Source: Macrostomum lignano (taxonomy: Eukaryota). From it: DNA of 64,000 bases. The DNA lies in the NCBI GenBank assembly GCA_002269645.1, contig NIVC01002882.1, positions 68,137-132,136 of the forward strand, written 5' to 3'. The notes under the pieces were generated by a model. That model was not told the DNA's origin. It ran no database searches and saw nothing but the letters and a program-made list of their open reading frames with translations. The first letter of the stretch is position 1; each line of letters starts with the position of its first letter. Below are positions 12,553 to 26,188 of this stretch, piece by piece. A program made the translations under genes and the position numbers.

Positions 12553-13233
12553 TCAGTTCTTTGCGCTTGTGCATCGAAAGAAAGGGGCGAAGGCCGAAAA
12601 CTGTCCATGGCAATCACCAACCAATGAAAAGGCACGGGGGGAACCGGATGCAAAAGAGTCAAAAACGAAAATAGCCAGAGCCAGAATAGCAATCCATTCT
12701 ATTCATTCATCCATGCTCCAACCGATCACGAAATATGCGTTGTCGACGGAGGTCTCGCTGAACTAAATCTATCGCAACCAAAATATTCATTTCTTTCAAT
12801 CGTCTAAGGGCGTAGGCAATGCAAAATTAGCTATCAAGACAGCTCTAGAGCAGGTTAGGTTTTGTCTAGTCCAGGCTAACTAGTCAAAGTTTTTATGCAT
12901 ACCAAAGTAAGACTAAACTACCATAGACAGAACTAGGGTAGTTTTTCTATGCTAGACCGGTCTAAATTTGTGTTTCTGCATACCAAATCCGAGTCCAGAC
13001 TAGCTTTTCAAGACCGGACTACCCTAGACAGAGCTTTGTGCATACGGCCCATCTACGAGTTACGTTTTAGAAACTGATGAAGACAAACTGTAAGTTTTTT
13101 AGATTAGGTGCGTTAATTTAAGATTAAAATAAATAAAATGATATGAATCCATATATTTCTATCAAATATTTTTAATGCTCACTAAAGTCTTACATTGTAG
13201 TCCTACTTACTATGCACTGCAGGCACTCGCTGA

Positions 13234-14305
<1,072 letters not shown>

Positions 14306-14341
14306 ATGCCATTATTAATAGTGATCGATAAAATAATAAAT

Positions 14342-14612
14342 GATTACACCTGCCACAATGAGCAGATGTGCAACCGACAGCTCAGCCGCAGCTATTGCGC
14401 GGCGCATCTGAAGGCTGCGTACGGCTGTTCAGTCCAAGGACTGGCTGATCACCACACACACCCTCAATTACCCCAGCTAATGCTGGCACCAATTTTACAG
14501 CTGGGTGAACTGACGCAATGCAGAGTAATGTGTCTTGCTCAAGGACACAAATTGTTCCGAGTGGTTTTAGAATCGAACCTCCGACCTTTCAGTCGTCGTG
14601 CTAACTACTAAT
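14342..14612 (-). mobile_element. tRNA-derived SINE, copy 1
   Basis: Minus-strand head with B-box-like GGTTCGATTC, then GTGTCCTTGAGCAAGACAC...CACCCAGCTGTAAA; homologous to 16051-16305 and 28055-28325. Confidence 0.8.
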
Positions 14613-15005
14613 CTACAATCCCGACTTGATTTCTATTGAAATCGATGTCAGTCAGGGGTATGAAGCCAGGAAGATGCAAATCCTTAAGCTTGTATCGGAC
14701 CCATCGAATGGCATAGACAGGCTACTACCTTGTTCTGGAAGCTGGAAACTGTTTGAGCTGCTTGAGTCTATTGTTGTTCAAAGCGTCTGCAACAAAAATA
14801 ATCTTCCCCAGAGATGGCTTACAACATAAAGCGCTTGCTATTAAATTACCAAAGAGCAGTAAAACTCAGATATTTGTTATACAGCCAGTTTAAAAGAGTA
14901 AAGAGCGAATGTTCTGCGCTTGCCCTATTCCTCTTTGTCCATTGTGCGTGTAAGTTTTTGCTGCTGATACTTTTCTGCTACTACGAGCGTACATGGTGGC
15001 GTTAA

Positions 15006-15601
15006 TTCAGTCAGTCAGTCAGTCAGTCAGTCAGTCAGTCAGTCAGTCAGTCTAACAGTCAGTCAGGCAGTCAGTCAGTCAGTCAGTCAGTCAGTCAGTC
15101 AGTCAGTCAGTCAGTCAGTCAGTCAGTCTAACAGTCAGTCAGGCAGTCAGTCAGTCAGTCAGTCAGTCAGTCAGTCAGTCAGTCAGTCAGTCAGTCAGTC
15201 AGTCAGTCAGTCAGTCAGTCAGTCAGTCAGTCAGTCAGTCAGTCAGTCAGTCAGTCAGTCAGTCAGTCAGTCAGTCAGTCAGTCGGTCAGTCAGTCAGTC
15301 AGTCAGTCAGTCAGTCAGTCAGTCAGTCAGTCAGTCAGTCAGTCAGTCAGTCAGTCAGTCAGTCAGTCAGTCAGTCAGTCAGTCAGTCAGTCAGTCAGTC
15401 AGTCAGTCAGTCAGTCAGTCTAACAGTCAGTCAGGCAGTCAGTCAGTCTAACAGTCAGTCAGGCAGTCAGTCAGTCAGTCAGTCAGTCAGTCAGTCAGTC
15501 AGTCAGTCAGTCAGTCAGTCAGTCAGTCAGTCAGTCAGTCAGTCAGTCAGTCAGTCAGTCAGTCAGTCAGTCAGTCAGTCAGTCAGTCAGTCAGTCAGTC
15601 A
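15006..15601. repeat. (CAGT)n microsatellite, ~595 bp
   Basis: Direct reading; same position in the unit as the 890-992 tract. Confidence 0.97.
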
Positions 15602-16050
15602 ATATTATTTTTCTACATTTCTACACCATTCAGAATCGCTGTGACATTCGGAAGTTGCTGCTGCGTACATTGGGGAAGAGTTCATCTGGTTTCTGCGGCT
15701 GCTGCTGGTGCAGCTGTGTTGTCGGTTGTTGTTTTTATGCTGTGAAGTCAATTTGAAAGATCTGAAGGTTTAGTTTACGCAGAGAACATGATCGTAGTCT
15801 ATGCTGAACATGTATCAATGAGTTTTGCTTAATCAGTAGCATCTTCCATTTGGACTTGGAATTCGATTGTCATTAGACCAATGTTTAAATCGTGTTTCGA
15901 TGGATATTTCCATAATGATATTGAACCAGCTGATACCTAATTCTATAATTTGATTAAGAAAGTATTAGATTCTGTTTTAGAAACTGACAAAGAGAAACAG
16001 TACGTTGTTAATTGGGCGTTAATTTAATTTAAATAATAATATTAATAATT

Positions 16051-16305
16051 GATTACACCTGCTCCAATTGGCGGCCCATCTGAAGGCTGCGTACGGCTGT
16101 TCAGTCCAAGGACTGGCGGGGGGTCGCCACACACCCTCAATTACCCCAGCTAATGCTGGCACCAATTTTACAGCTGAGTGAACTGAAGCAATGCAAGAGT
16201 TAAGTGTCTTGCTCAAGGACACAAATTGTTCCAGTGAGATCGGGAATCGAACCCCCGACCTTCAAGTCGTGAGCCCGAGGCTACAACCCTTAGCCTAGTG
16301 GTTAG
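16051..16305 (-). mobile_element. tRNA-derived SINE, copy 2
   Basis: Minus strand GGCTAAGGGTTGTAGC...GGGGTTCGATTCCC followed by the same body as copy 1. Confidence 0.8.
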
Positions 16306-17924
16306 AACATGAATCTATAGATTAATCTAATCTAATCTATAGATCTAATCTATAGATCTTAGATCCACTAAAGCCATTTACATTGTAGTCCTACTTACTA
16401 CGCATACACTACATGCAGTCGCTGAGTACAATAAACTGTGAAGTACCTCATCGTCTTAACTTAGCACAGGCATTGATATTATTTATAGTTCGTCATTTTC
16501 GGTTTCGCTGCGTACTACGAGTATCGCCATTGTGGAATTTACGAGTATATTAGCTAGCTACGATGGACATGAGTCTTATACTATGTACAGTACATCTACT
16601 TCGTGTACAGCTGCACTATGCATTGAACAAACGATAAAGGATTTCCAATCCAGTAAAATTAACAAACCAACAGGCTAACTAGCAAATACTCGACTCTGAT
16701 TTGCATTGATTCGCTCAGATGCACAGCAAATTTCGGTGAAAGGTACGAGTAGTGGGGGGGGGCAGGTGGACAGAATACATAATTTTCAACCCACCTAGAA
16801 TGGATGAGATCTCTGCTGAGAACAGGGTAGAACCGTGTAGAACAGAAGGTTCTGGGATAACAGTTCTGGGAATGACGTCTACATGTACAGATGATGCATT
16901 TAATGAGCCACAGCCTTCGACTAGGCTTTCTTACTTTTTATGGAAATAGATTTCGTTAATTTCTTTTAAACTGACGTTACGCGCCGAAACTATGTTGACA
17001 CCATGCTGTCCGTGGGGTATTTTATGCGGCAATTGTCGGTAAGTACAGAAGTCAGTAATTACATTCACTCTCAGCAGTCAATAGCGACTAAATTTTAACC
17101 GCAATGTGTTGATAGGGCTGCTTGGAGAGAAGGAAGGTGTTGCTGCAGGCACTGAGAAGCTGTGACCACTTTTGAATTCTTCAGATGTCGATTAAAACCT
17201 GTTCATGACACTTTACTTGTATATTCATCTCTGACATATTGGCTTAAAAACATCTTTTGAAAAACTTTATTTTCTGAAGAAGAATTTGTTTTAGTTTTAA
17301 ACAAATTTTCTTTTTTTTCTTAAAATATCTAAAACTCTTTATTAACTAAAGGCGTTTTCAGTTTTCGCTCTGTTTTTAAATAAAAATGATTTTACGTGAC
17401 ACAGCAAAGTTGTGACACATGACACGTCATCAGAAAACATACATTTGGTCTCTTTTACGTCTCGCAGCCTTAGAATAGCATTCAGAAACTCGAGGAATGT
17501 GCGATGGACTGCGGGGCCAGTGAGAAGTTGGAAGTGGTTGAGTTGGCTGGGGGATTCGCCTATAGTCGAACATGGAACTTTGTGTGGGCGTTCATCAGGA
17601 GTCTACCGAAGGTACCAGCTTGCAAGACTACTATGAGTAGCATATGAGAGAACGTGAACTCTATGATTTACAGATGCTCATTGCAATCGTTACGGTAGCA
17701 GACCTCTACCACGATCTCTACCAAAACAAAAGGATTTAATGAGGCAGTGTCTAGCTTAGTAATATATAGTAAATCCTTGGGTTAATTATTTCCCTAATGA
17801 ATAAATAAAAAGCAAAATAAAGGTAAGCGCTGACTTAAGACTCTAGCAATAAGCAAAATGCGTATTGGCCCAAAATTAGTAATTAGTAAATTAGTAATTA
17901 GTAATGATTACAAACAAGAGTCTA

Positions 17925-18430
17925 TAAGAGAGCTGCAGGGACCTGTAGAGCGCGTCGAGGGCTCGGTCTGGTGTGTCGGTCATCTGCACCGCTTCCATGC
18001 CGTACAGGAGGACCGGCTCCACGGCCGCTCAGAAGAGGCGCACCTTCAGGCCGTCCCTCGCAGCTGAGTTGAAGACATTCGGACCGAGCAGGTGCGCCGG
18101 GCGCCTAGATTTGATTCCTCTTGTCGGAGACCGGAGACGATGGAGTCTGCGGACTCGTTGCTAAAGCGATCCGAGGTACCGGAAGTCCTCACCACACACG
18201 GCGATGGCGTCTCTGTTAGGCAGCGCAAGTGCCCACGTGCATCCCCTCTGTCTTGTGTGTTGACCGGGTGCGCCCTGTCCTGAAGAGCCCTCAAGAGCGC
18301 CTTGTCAACGGCGTACGCGAGAGCAGGCAGCGGAACACCAGGATGTTGCAGGAGTTTCGCGTGGAACTAGCAAGTAGCTGTCGTCCTCTTGAAGGAAGCG
18401 GCAGAGCACATAATCCACAACCCTGATGAA
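17925..18430 (-). mobile_element. RTE-type LINE reverse-transcriptase remnant
   Basis: LPALAYAVDKALL (decayed YADD), VCGEDFRYLGSL, LKVRLF*AAVEPVLLYGMEA. Confidence 0.75.
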
Positions 18431-18499
18431 AAGCAGGGGAACCAGCCTGTCGCCCTGCATGACGCTGGAGGCTGTGCTGCATTGGAATCAGTGTTCAGG

Positions 18500-19035
18500 T
18501 CCATAACCGTATTTACCAGTGCAGCGGGAACAGCAGTAGTAGGACCATGGCGCTGAGCGCCAGACCACTCGACCAGTCCGACTCAGTTGCCGCCGACTGC
18601 TGGGACCGTCTCCTCGACCTCCAAAGAGCTGGCATCAAGACCAAATTCATCTGGGTCCCGGCTCACTGCGGCGTGTCCGGCAACGAAGCCGCGGACGAGG
18701 CGGCCAACCGAGCTGCCGCCCTGGACCAAAGCCGCGCGCCAATTCAACTCAGCGCCGCCAAGGCAGCCATCCGCCGCTGCAGACGCGCGCTCGACACCGC
18801 CGCCACGGGACCGGCCTGGCCTCCCGCAACGGACCTGCCTAGGAAGCACCAGGTGCTCATCAACCAACTCCGGGCGGGGACCAGCATCATCAATGGTACC
18901 ACCCGTCACCGCATGGGACTCGACACGTCGCTCCTCTGCCCCGACTGCGGCGCGGAGGACACCGTCGATCACCTAATCTACCACTGGAGGCGCGGGGACG
19001 GATCGAGAGCACTCAGCGGCACGCCGGTGACATGA
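18500..19035 (+). mobile_element. I/Ingi-like LINE RNase H and Zn-finger fragment
   Basis: IKTKFIWVPAHCGVSGNEAADEAA; QVLINQLRAG; CPDCGAEDTVDHLIYH. Confidence 0.82.
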
Positions 19036-19039
19036 GCTG

Positions 19040-19560
19040 GTGCTGGATCTCGGTCCGCTGGACGTAGGTGCTCTGCAGCTGGACCAGAGCAGTACTGTCC
19101 TGGTCGCTGTCGTGGCCGTGAATGACAGTGGCTCGAGTGGGACAATTTCCAGGTCGTATGGTTGATTAGATTTGCTGTCGTGAATTTTGTCGTGAGCAAG
19201 AATCCCACAAAGACAGAGGTCCTCCACGACACCATGGGTCACCTGCTGGATGTAAATCCATCCTATGATCTTGTTTTTGTTTTCGGTGACTTCAATGCGC
19301 CTCTGCCCTTAACGGCACTATGAGGCAGCGTCTCTGCAAACTCCCCAACTTTCTTTGGCCCCAGCGGGCGGACCAGGCGGTTAGACAGGGTCTTCTGCCC
19401 CTTTGCTCTCCGGTCCAGAGGGCACAGAGTGACCAACATCCGCCCTATTTGCTTGAAGTCCGACATCGACTAACGCTGGACCTGAGAAACCCGAAGACTC
19501 GGACAGCCTTCCATGGCCGTCCTGGCAAAGGTTCCCAGTAAGTCAGACCTCAAAATAAGT
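19040..19560 (+). mobile_element. LINE APE endonuclease remnant (RTE-like)
   Basis: LLDVNPSYDLVFVFGDFNAP; PTFFGPSGRTRRLDRVF; KSD/HRL, across frameshifts. Confidence 0.7.
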
Positions 19561-19639
19561 GGCTCGGGAAGAAAGGCAAGAAAGACTCCGCGTTGGTAAG
19601 AACCAATTATTTGAGGAATGTGAGCCCCAAAATGCTCAC

Positions 19640-19876
19640 TGATCTGAGAGAGTCAGGATGAGAGAGATTCAGGTTGAGAGAGAGTCAGGATGAAAGAGAT
19701 TCAGGTTGAGAGAGAGAGTCAGGATGAGAGAGATTCAGGATGAGAAAGATTCAGGTTGAGAGAGAGTCAGGATGAAAGAGATTCAGGTTGAGAGAGAGAG
19801 TCAGGTTGAGAGAGATTCAGGTTGAGAGAGAGGATGAGAGAGAGTCAGGATGAGAGAGTCAGGGTCAGAAAATCAA

Positions 19877-19912
<36 letters not shown>

Positions 19913-20037
19913 GATCAGAAAATCAAGATGAGAGAGAGAGAGAGAGAGTCAGGATCAGAGAATCAAGATGAGAGAGAAAGAGTCAGGATCAGAGAATCAA
20001 GATGAGAGAGAAAGAGTCAGGATCAGAGAATCAAGAT

Positions 20038-20068
<31 letters not shown>

Positions 20069-20201
20069 GATCAGAAAATCAAGATGAGAGAGAGAGAGAG
20101 AGAGAGAGAGTCAGGATCAGAAAATCAAGATGAGAGAGAGAGAGAGTCAGGATCAGAGAATCAAGATGAGAGAGAGAGAGTCAGGATCAGAGAATCAAGA
20201 T

Positions 20202-20232
<31 letters not shown>

Positions 20233-20280
20233 GATCAGAAAATCAAGATGAGAGAGAAAGAGTCAGGATCAGAGAATCAA

Positions 20281-20318
<38 letters not shown>

Positions 20319-20332
20319 GATCAGAAAATCAA

Positions 20333-20372
<40 letters not shown>

Positions 20373-20420
20373 GATCAGAGAATCAAGATGAGAGAGAAAG
20401 AGTCAGGATCAGAGAATCAA

Positions 20421-20466
<46 letters not shown>

Positions 20467-20483
20467 GATCAGAAAATCAAGAT

Positions 20484-20514
<31 letters not shown>

Positions 20515-20660
20515 GATCAGAAAATCAAGATGAGAGAGAGAGAGAGTCAGGATCAGAGAATCAAGATGAGAGAGAGAGAGTCAGGATCAGAGAATCAAGA
20601 TGAGAGAGAGAGAGTCAGGATGAGAGAGAGTCAGGATGAGAGAGAGTCAGGTTGAGAGTG
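19640..20660. repeat. Compound satellite AGTCAGGATCAGA(G/A)AATCAAGATG(AG)n
   Basis: Direct reading; variable GA spacers. Confidence 0.95.
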
Positions 20661-20975
20661 ACTCTATCAAATAGTATCAATCATTTAGAATTAAAATGCT
20701 TTCCCTTCTCTAACGAAAGCCCAACAATGCATTTCTACCGTATACGAGTAGACAGAGCACCTATGCATCTGCTAAAAAACGCTTATCTGCTAAAGAGCGT
20801 AAAATCGCATAACTTTTAAATCGAACCGATAGAAGTGCATAATTTGTTTTTATATTTTTTTCGTCGATTCTCAAATAATTTTTTTCACTCCCAGACAAAT
20901 TTCAATCAACAGTCCTGCTATAAAATGCCTTGAAGCAGATGGAGTTGCCGATTCACTTAGGCAGGCAGCTTTGTC

Positions 20976-21716
20976 ATGGGACACGAGGGGCCCTGCTGTC
21001 ACGGCTGCTCCGAGTGCAGGTGAGACTGGGGGGGGGACTGAATGACCTTATCCACGTGGTTTCATAATCTTATGAGCTGGCTCATGAACTCACTCATGAA
21101 CTCACTCATGAACTCACTCATGATCTCACTCATGAATTCACTCATGAACTCACTCATGAACTCACTCATGAACTCACTCATGAACTCACTCATGAACTCA
21201 CTCATGAACTTACCCGCTCCCCCACTCACAGGACAGTCCGCAGCTACCAGAAATGGAAGTTCAGTGCCAGCCAGTCGAGGCCCTGCTGCTGCCTGGCAGT
21301 CCCCTCCAAACGGTGCTGCCACGCGCGGGGGTGCAGCAAATGCGACAAGAAGGTGTCAGTTCAAGTGGCATCACTGCAATATTGGGATATGAAAGTCTCT
21401 GCGAAACTAAAAAGGAAGAAGAAGAGGGAGAGAGGGAGAGGTGGATAGAGAAAGAAAGGGAGAGGGAGAGAGGAGGGAGAGAGGGAGTCGGGAGGGAGAG
21501 AGGGAGAGGGCGAGAGGGAGAGAAGGGGAGAGAGAGTGGAGGGAGAGGGCGAGTCAGTGTCGATTACGAGCGCAGATGCCAAGTTCTTACTGAAATCTCA
21601 CACCCCTTAGCATTTTTAACTCAACTCCCCTTAACTCCAATTGCAGCCTGAAGGGCTACTGCTGTTGCAAGCACTACTATTTCAAGACGCACAGCGAAGC
21701 CTGCGGGATTCTTTAA
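20976..21716 (+). CDS. Small Cys-rich protein A (78 aa); exons 20976-21019, 21232-21354, 21647-21716
   Basis: Spliced: MGHEGPCCHGCSECRTVRSYQKWKFSASQSRPCCCLAVPSKRCCHARGCSKCDKKVLKGYCCCKHYYFKTHSEACGIL*. GT-AG phase-2 introns; TATAAAA at 20919. The second donor (GTCAGT at 21355) is inferred from frame. Confidence 0.78.
21082..21210. repeat. 12-bp tandem repeat CATGAACTCACT (intron 1 of gene A)
   Basis: Direct reading. Confidence 0.95.
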
Positions 21717-22266
21717 TCTAAGAAGTGCCATGATGCTTCTTGACAAATCGAACAAAACACTGACATCAAGTGCAACGTCATATTTTTTTATACAAAACCT
21801 TTTTTTCAAATCTAAGCGCTACGAATTACGAGTATCATAAAAACTACGAAAAAAACAAATCTAGGCGCGCATACATATTTTAGCTACTGTTAGTAGTCTG
21901 TAAAGAAATTTGCTTTAATAAGATGTTGAATTCGATTGATAAAATGACAATTTGTTGTTTACTGAATTATTGATGAGTGTTAATTTTTTCTTTAAGTCTC
22001 GTAACAATTATTATCTCATAAAATAATTTACATGTAACTGGATGCAATAAATGCATGATACTTTACTTACTTAAGCAGTTGCCAGCATCTCAGAACTATA
22101 CTTTTTACATACTGCTGCTCCTAGGAAAAGTCCTAACAACAGGGTACTTCCCTGTGATCGCGCGATTACATGCATACATAAATTGTGAACAGCATGGCAG
22201 TGTATCTGGAAAAGAGCTTTGTCTGCACACGTTTAGAAATTATTTAAAGTCAAACATTGTCTAACA

Positions 22267-23339
22267 ATGGAGTGCTGCAGAAGACGCAACTGCAATTATT
22301 GCTTGTGAGTCACTCGCTATCGAGGTATCTTGACTGGCTGTCTCACAGGTTAGGAGTGTAATATTGCTTGTCTAACAGGTATAACCGAGTTTTTCTGAAA
22401 GGTATTAACCTTCATCTAACAGTTAATAACCTTTCTAACAGGTATTAACCTTCGTCTAACAGGTGTATTAACCTTCGTCTAACAGGTATTAACCTTTATC
22501 TAACAGGTGTATTAACCTTCGTCTAACAGGTATTAACCTTTATCTAACAGGTGTATTAACCTTCGTCTAACAGGTATTAACCTTCGTCTAACAGGTGTAT
22601 TAACCTTCGTCTAACAGGTATTAACCTTTATCTAACAGGTGTATTAACCTTCGTCTAACAGGTGTATTAACCTTCGTCTAACAGGTGTATTAACCTTCGT
22701 CTAACAGGTATTAACCTTCGTCTAACAGGTATTAACCTTCGTCTAACAGGTATTAACCTTCGTCTAACAGGTATTAACCTTTGTCTAACAGGTGTATTAA
22801 CCTTCGTCTAACAGGTATTAACCTTTGTCTAACAGGTGTATTAACCTTCGTCTAACAGGTATTAACCTTTGTCTAACAGGTAATAACCTTCGTCTAACAG
22901 GTATTAACCTTCTCTGACAGGTATTAACCTTTATCTAACGGGTAATTACTTATCTAGCAGGTATTAACCTTCATCTGGCAGGTATTAACCTAACCTATTT
23001 ACCATATGCATATAAATTTCTACGCAATCTCAACGTAGAAGAATCGAAGATTACGCCATCATGCGCGATGTTCGAGTACCCTGCTGCTGCAGACACCCCG
23101 GCTGGCTTCATCCAAATGATCTGGATTCCTGCTGCTACAACCGCTGGTGCGAGCTCTGCTATGATCGAAATTGGTAAGTTATTAACTGATTAAGCAATCA
23201 TTTCCTAAAGATGCTCAAAGCTGAAAACCTGCATCTTGAACTTGTAAATTTCAGCTTCGACGGTCCCAGAAGACGGAACAGTAGAAACGGCTATCCTCAT
23301 TGCTGTTGCAAGCACCACTTTTATGAGTACGAGAGCTAA
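22267..23339 (+). CDS. Small Cys-rich protein B (85 aa); exons 22267-22304, 23039-23173, 23255-23339
   Basis: MECCRRRNCNYCLRIEDYAIMRDVRVPCCCRHPGWLHPNDLDSCCYNRWCELCYDRNCFDGPRRRNSRNGYPHCCCKHHFYEYES*. GTGAGT and GTAAGT donors, phase 2/2. Confidence 0.85.
22370..22990. repeat. 21/23-bp minisatellite GGT(GT)ATTAACCTTCGTCTAACA (intron 1 of gene B)
   Basis: Direct reading. Confidence 0.95.
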
Positions 23340-23799
23340 GAAGATTGGAAGCAAAAGTGGCTGGAAAATTGATTAAACCAATATCTGCAATATGAGGTAA
23401 ACTGACACAGAATATCGGTGAAATTCTGAATTAATTGAGTCAAATACTCATTTTCACATTTCTGTTTTGATTTAACTGTTGAAATCGGTTATAAACGCGG
23501 TAGATCCCAGTTCTATTTTTAGCCTTGAGCGCTTTCCAATTTCTATTTTTAGCACAGATTTCAGTGTACAGATGTCAGTGTTCCATGTACTTTATTTTGA
23601 TTTAATGCACGAAATTCTACTTCATATTTACGGTATTTAAAGTTTATTTTTTTAATAAACTAGCTAATTGTGATCGGTTATACATATAATCCATGCCATC
23701 TGCATCACTTTAACTACATTTAAAAAATACGAGTCACTTTTAGAGCTTTGCATTTCTTTGAGTATTGTCAACTCGGGGCGGTTAAAACAGTGGATCATT

Positions 23800-24493
23800 A
23801 TAGAATAGGGTAAATACCTGTAGAATAGGGTAGATCCCTGTAGAATAGGGTAGATCCCTGTAGAATAGGGTAAATCCCTGTAGAATAGGGTAGATCCCTG
23901 TAGAATAGGGTAAATACCTGTAGAATAGGGTAGATCCCTGTAGAATAGGGTAGATCCCTGTAGAATAGGGTAAATCCCTGTAGAATAGGGTAGATCCCTG
24001 TAGAATAGGGTAAATACCTGTAGAATAGGGTAAATACCTGTAGAATAGGGTAGATCCCTGTAGAATAGGGTAGATACCTGCAGAATGGGGTATATTCTGT
24101 AGAATGGGGTAGATACCTGTAGAATGGGGTAGATTCTGCAGAATGGGGTAGATCCCTGTAGAATAGGGTAGATCCCTGTAGAATAGGGTAGATCCCTGTA
24201 GAATAGGTTAGATACCTGTAGAATGGGGTAGATCCTGCAGAATGGGGTAGATCCCTGTAGAATAGGGTAGATACCTGTAGATTGGGGTAGATACCTGTAG
24301 AATAGGGTAAATACCTGTAGAATGGGGTAGATACCTGTAGAATAGGGTAAATACCTGTAGAATGGGGTAGATCCCTGTAGAATAGGGTAGATACCTGTAG
24401 ATTGGGGTAGATCCCTGTAGAATAGGGTAGATACCTGTAGATTGGGGTAGATACCTGTAGAATAGGGTAAATACCTGTAGAATGGGGTAGATC
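23800..24493. repeat. 20-bp minisatellite TAGAATAGGGTAGATCCCTG
   Basis: Direct reading. Confidence 0.95.
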
Positions 24494-24539
24494 ATGTTGG
24501 CACCAGGTTGATCAAGGGTAAAACGAGATTGATTGGATC

Positions 24540-24990
24540 GAGAACTGACGTTCCTGACAACCCAAACTGATATTCCTTACTGTACAACCCAAACTGACGT
24601 TCCTGACAACCCAAACTGACGTTCCTGACAACCCAAACTGACGTTCCTGACAACCCAAACTGACGTTCCTGACAACCCAAACTGACGTTCCTGACAACCC
24701 AATCTGACATTCCTGACAACCCAAACTGACGTTCCTGACAACCCAAACTGACGTTCCTGACAACCCAAACTGACGTTCCTGGCAACCCAAACTGACGTTC
24801 CTGGCAACCCAAACTGACGTTCCTGGCAACCCAAACTGACGTTCCTGACAACCCAAACTGACGTTCCTGGCAACCCAAACTGACGTTCCTGACAACCCAA
24901 TCTGACGTTCCTGACAACCCAAACTGACGTTCCTGACAACCCAAACTGACGTTCCTGACAATCCAAACTGACGTTCCTGACAACCCAAAC
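24540..24990. repeat. 22-bp minisatellite AAACTGACGTTCCTGACAACCC
   Basis: Direct reading. Confidence 0.95.
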
Positions 24991-25596
24991 GGGACCAAAG
25001 TGACTTAAGTTGTGTTTCTGAGTAAAGGAGTCAGTAGAGAATCTAAACAGGTGCATATAGTCAGAGTTGCTGACTTTTTCGATTTTCGTTTTCACTAATC
25101 TTTACTGTTTTTTCTATTTCTATAACTAACGCAGCACAAATTTAACGATCTGACGACAACAGGTAGTTCCGGGTGGACTTGCACGCTTTACAAGTCTAAG
25201 GATTCTGAATGAAGTTTTGAAATGAGACTTAACTGCTACTGCAAATGCCGCTTGTGTTAGCCAACAGTTTGTCCTGACCCAGGAAACTTATCTATTGATT
25301 TGAGATTTTGGATCTCTAAAGAATCAAAAGGTTAATGGGAAGTTTTATCCAAGTGTAAGCGTCTCCAGTGACATGTGTCGAATGTTCAACCGACTTGAGT
25401 TGAAAAGCGATTTTCTAAAGTTTGAGTCAACATTGAAACACTGTGAATTATCGGGAGGCCTTACCGTTTAATGATTGCAACAATAATTTTCAAAACGTAA
25501 ACACCACGTGGTCCACTAAGCATGGAAGGTCAGCTTGCTGCTCAAGGTACAACACTCCTTCTTACAGGGCAGTACCTTCTGGGTCATCAGTATTAT

Positions 25597-25628
25597 GGTA
25601 CTGCCTGGTTTGATTATTTCTATTTAAA
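25597..25628 (+). promoter_or_regulatory. GGTACTGCC motif plus TATA-like box, gene C
   Basis: GGTACTGCC 25597, TATTTAAA 25621; inverted copy GGCAGTACC at 25568. Confidence 0.6.
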
Positions 25629-25711
25629 ACTTTGACTTTGACGAGCTGTATTGAGGGAGGAATTCCGGTCTCAAATCATTGTAAGGATCACCAGCGGCTT
25701 CCAGTGAGGCA

Positions 25712-26188
25712 ATGTCGACCTACTCTGCAGCAGGCTGTTGCAACTGCGTGAAAAAACGGAACGACTGCGAAAACTGCGCGTAAGATATGGATTCACTGTT
25801 CGACGTTTATTCGGCGATTAATTTTATTTTTCAACTTTCAAGCTTATCAACTTTGAAAATTTCAGACGGACCAAGGCTTACGTTGCTTGGCAGAATACTA
25901 AGCTGGGTCCTCACGAGCAGCAGAGGCCTCCCTGCTGCTACATTCATCACGGGAAGAACCTCACTGATGGCATGTGCTGCGACACAAATACCTGCCCAGT
26001 CTGCGTAAAACATCACAGGTTTGTGGAACCCATTTTGATATTTTGACAAAATTTCAATGACAGCTCTGCGCTTAGGAATCAACCGAAAATCTTTTTCAGC
26101 TTCTTTTTTTCCGGACGGGAAAAATCAACGACCTTATCCAGATTGTTGCTGCAAGCACAACGGCAAGTCGTGGAATTATAAAAAGTGA
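25712..26188 (+). CDS. Small Cys-rich protein C (~102 aa if one T is removed); exons 25712-25779, 25866-26018, 26100-26188
   Basis: MSTYSAAGCCNCVKKRNDCENCARTKAYVAWQNTKLGPHEQQRPPCCYIHHGKNLTDGMCCDTNTCPVCVKHHS then FFFPDGKNQRPYPDCCCKHNGKSWNYKK*. Exon 3 is 1 nt too long (T7 run, 26104-26110). Confidence 0.75.

Larger units (their letters stand above)
7135..13050 (-). mobile_element. PIF/Harbinger DNA transposon (composite, defective)
   Basis: GGCCGTATGCAGAAAGCT at 7255 versus AGCTTTGTGCATACGGCC ending at 13049; outer GGGCCGTAT at 7135 pairs with ATACGGCCC ending at 13050; GGTATGCA subterminal repeats; host-unit sequence resumes on both sides. No clean TSD seen. Confidence 0.72.
14690..17690 (-). 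pseudogene. Copy 3 (most complete) of the degraded tandem unit
   Basis: Contains all blocks seen in copies 1 and 2 in the same order; interrupted by (CAGT)n and a SINE. Confidence 0.5.

Noticed and set aside
16260-16305. Free-standing tRNA genes at the SINE heads
   Set aside because: No complete cloverleaf; each continues into the shared SINE body.
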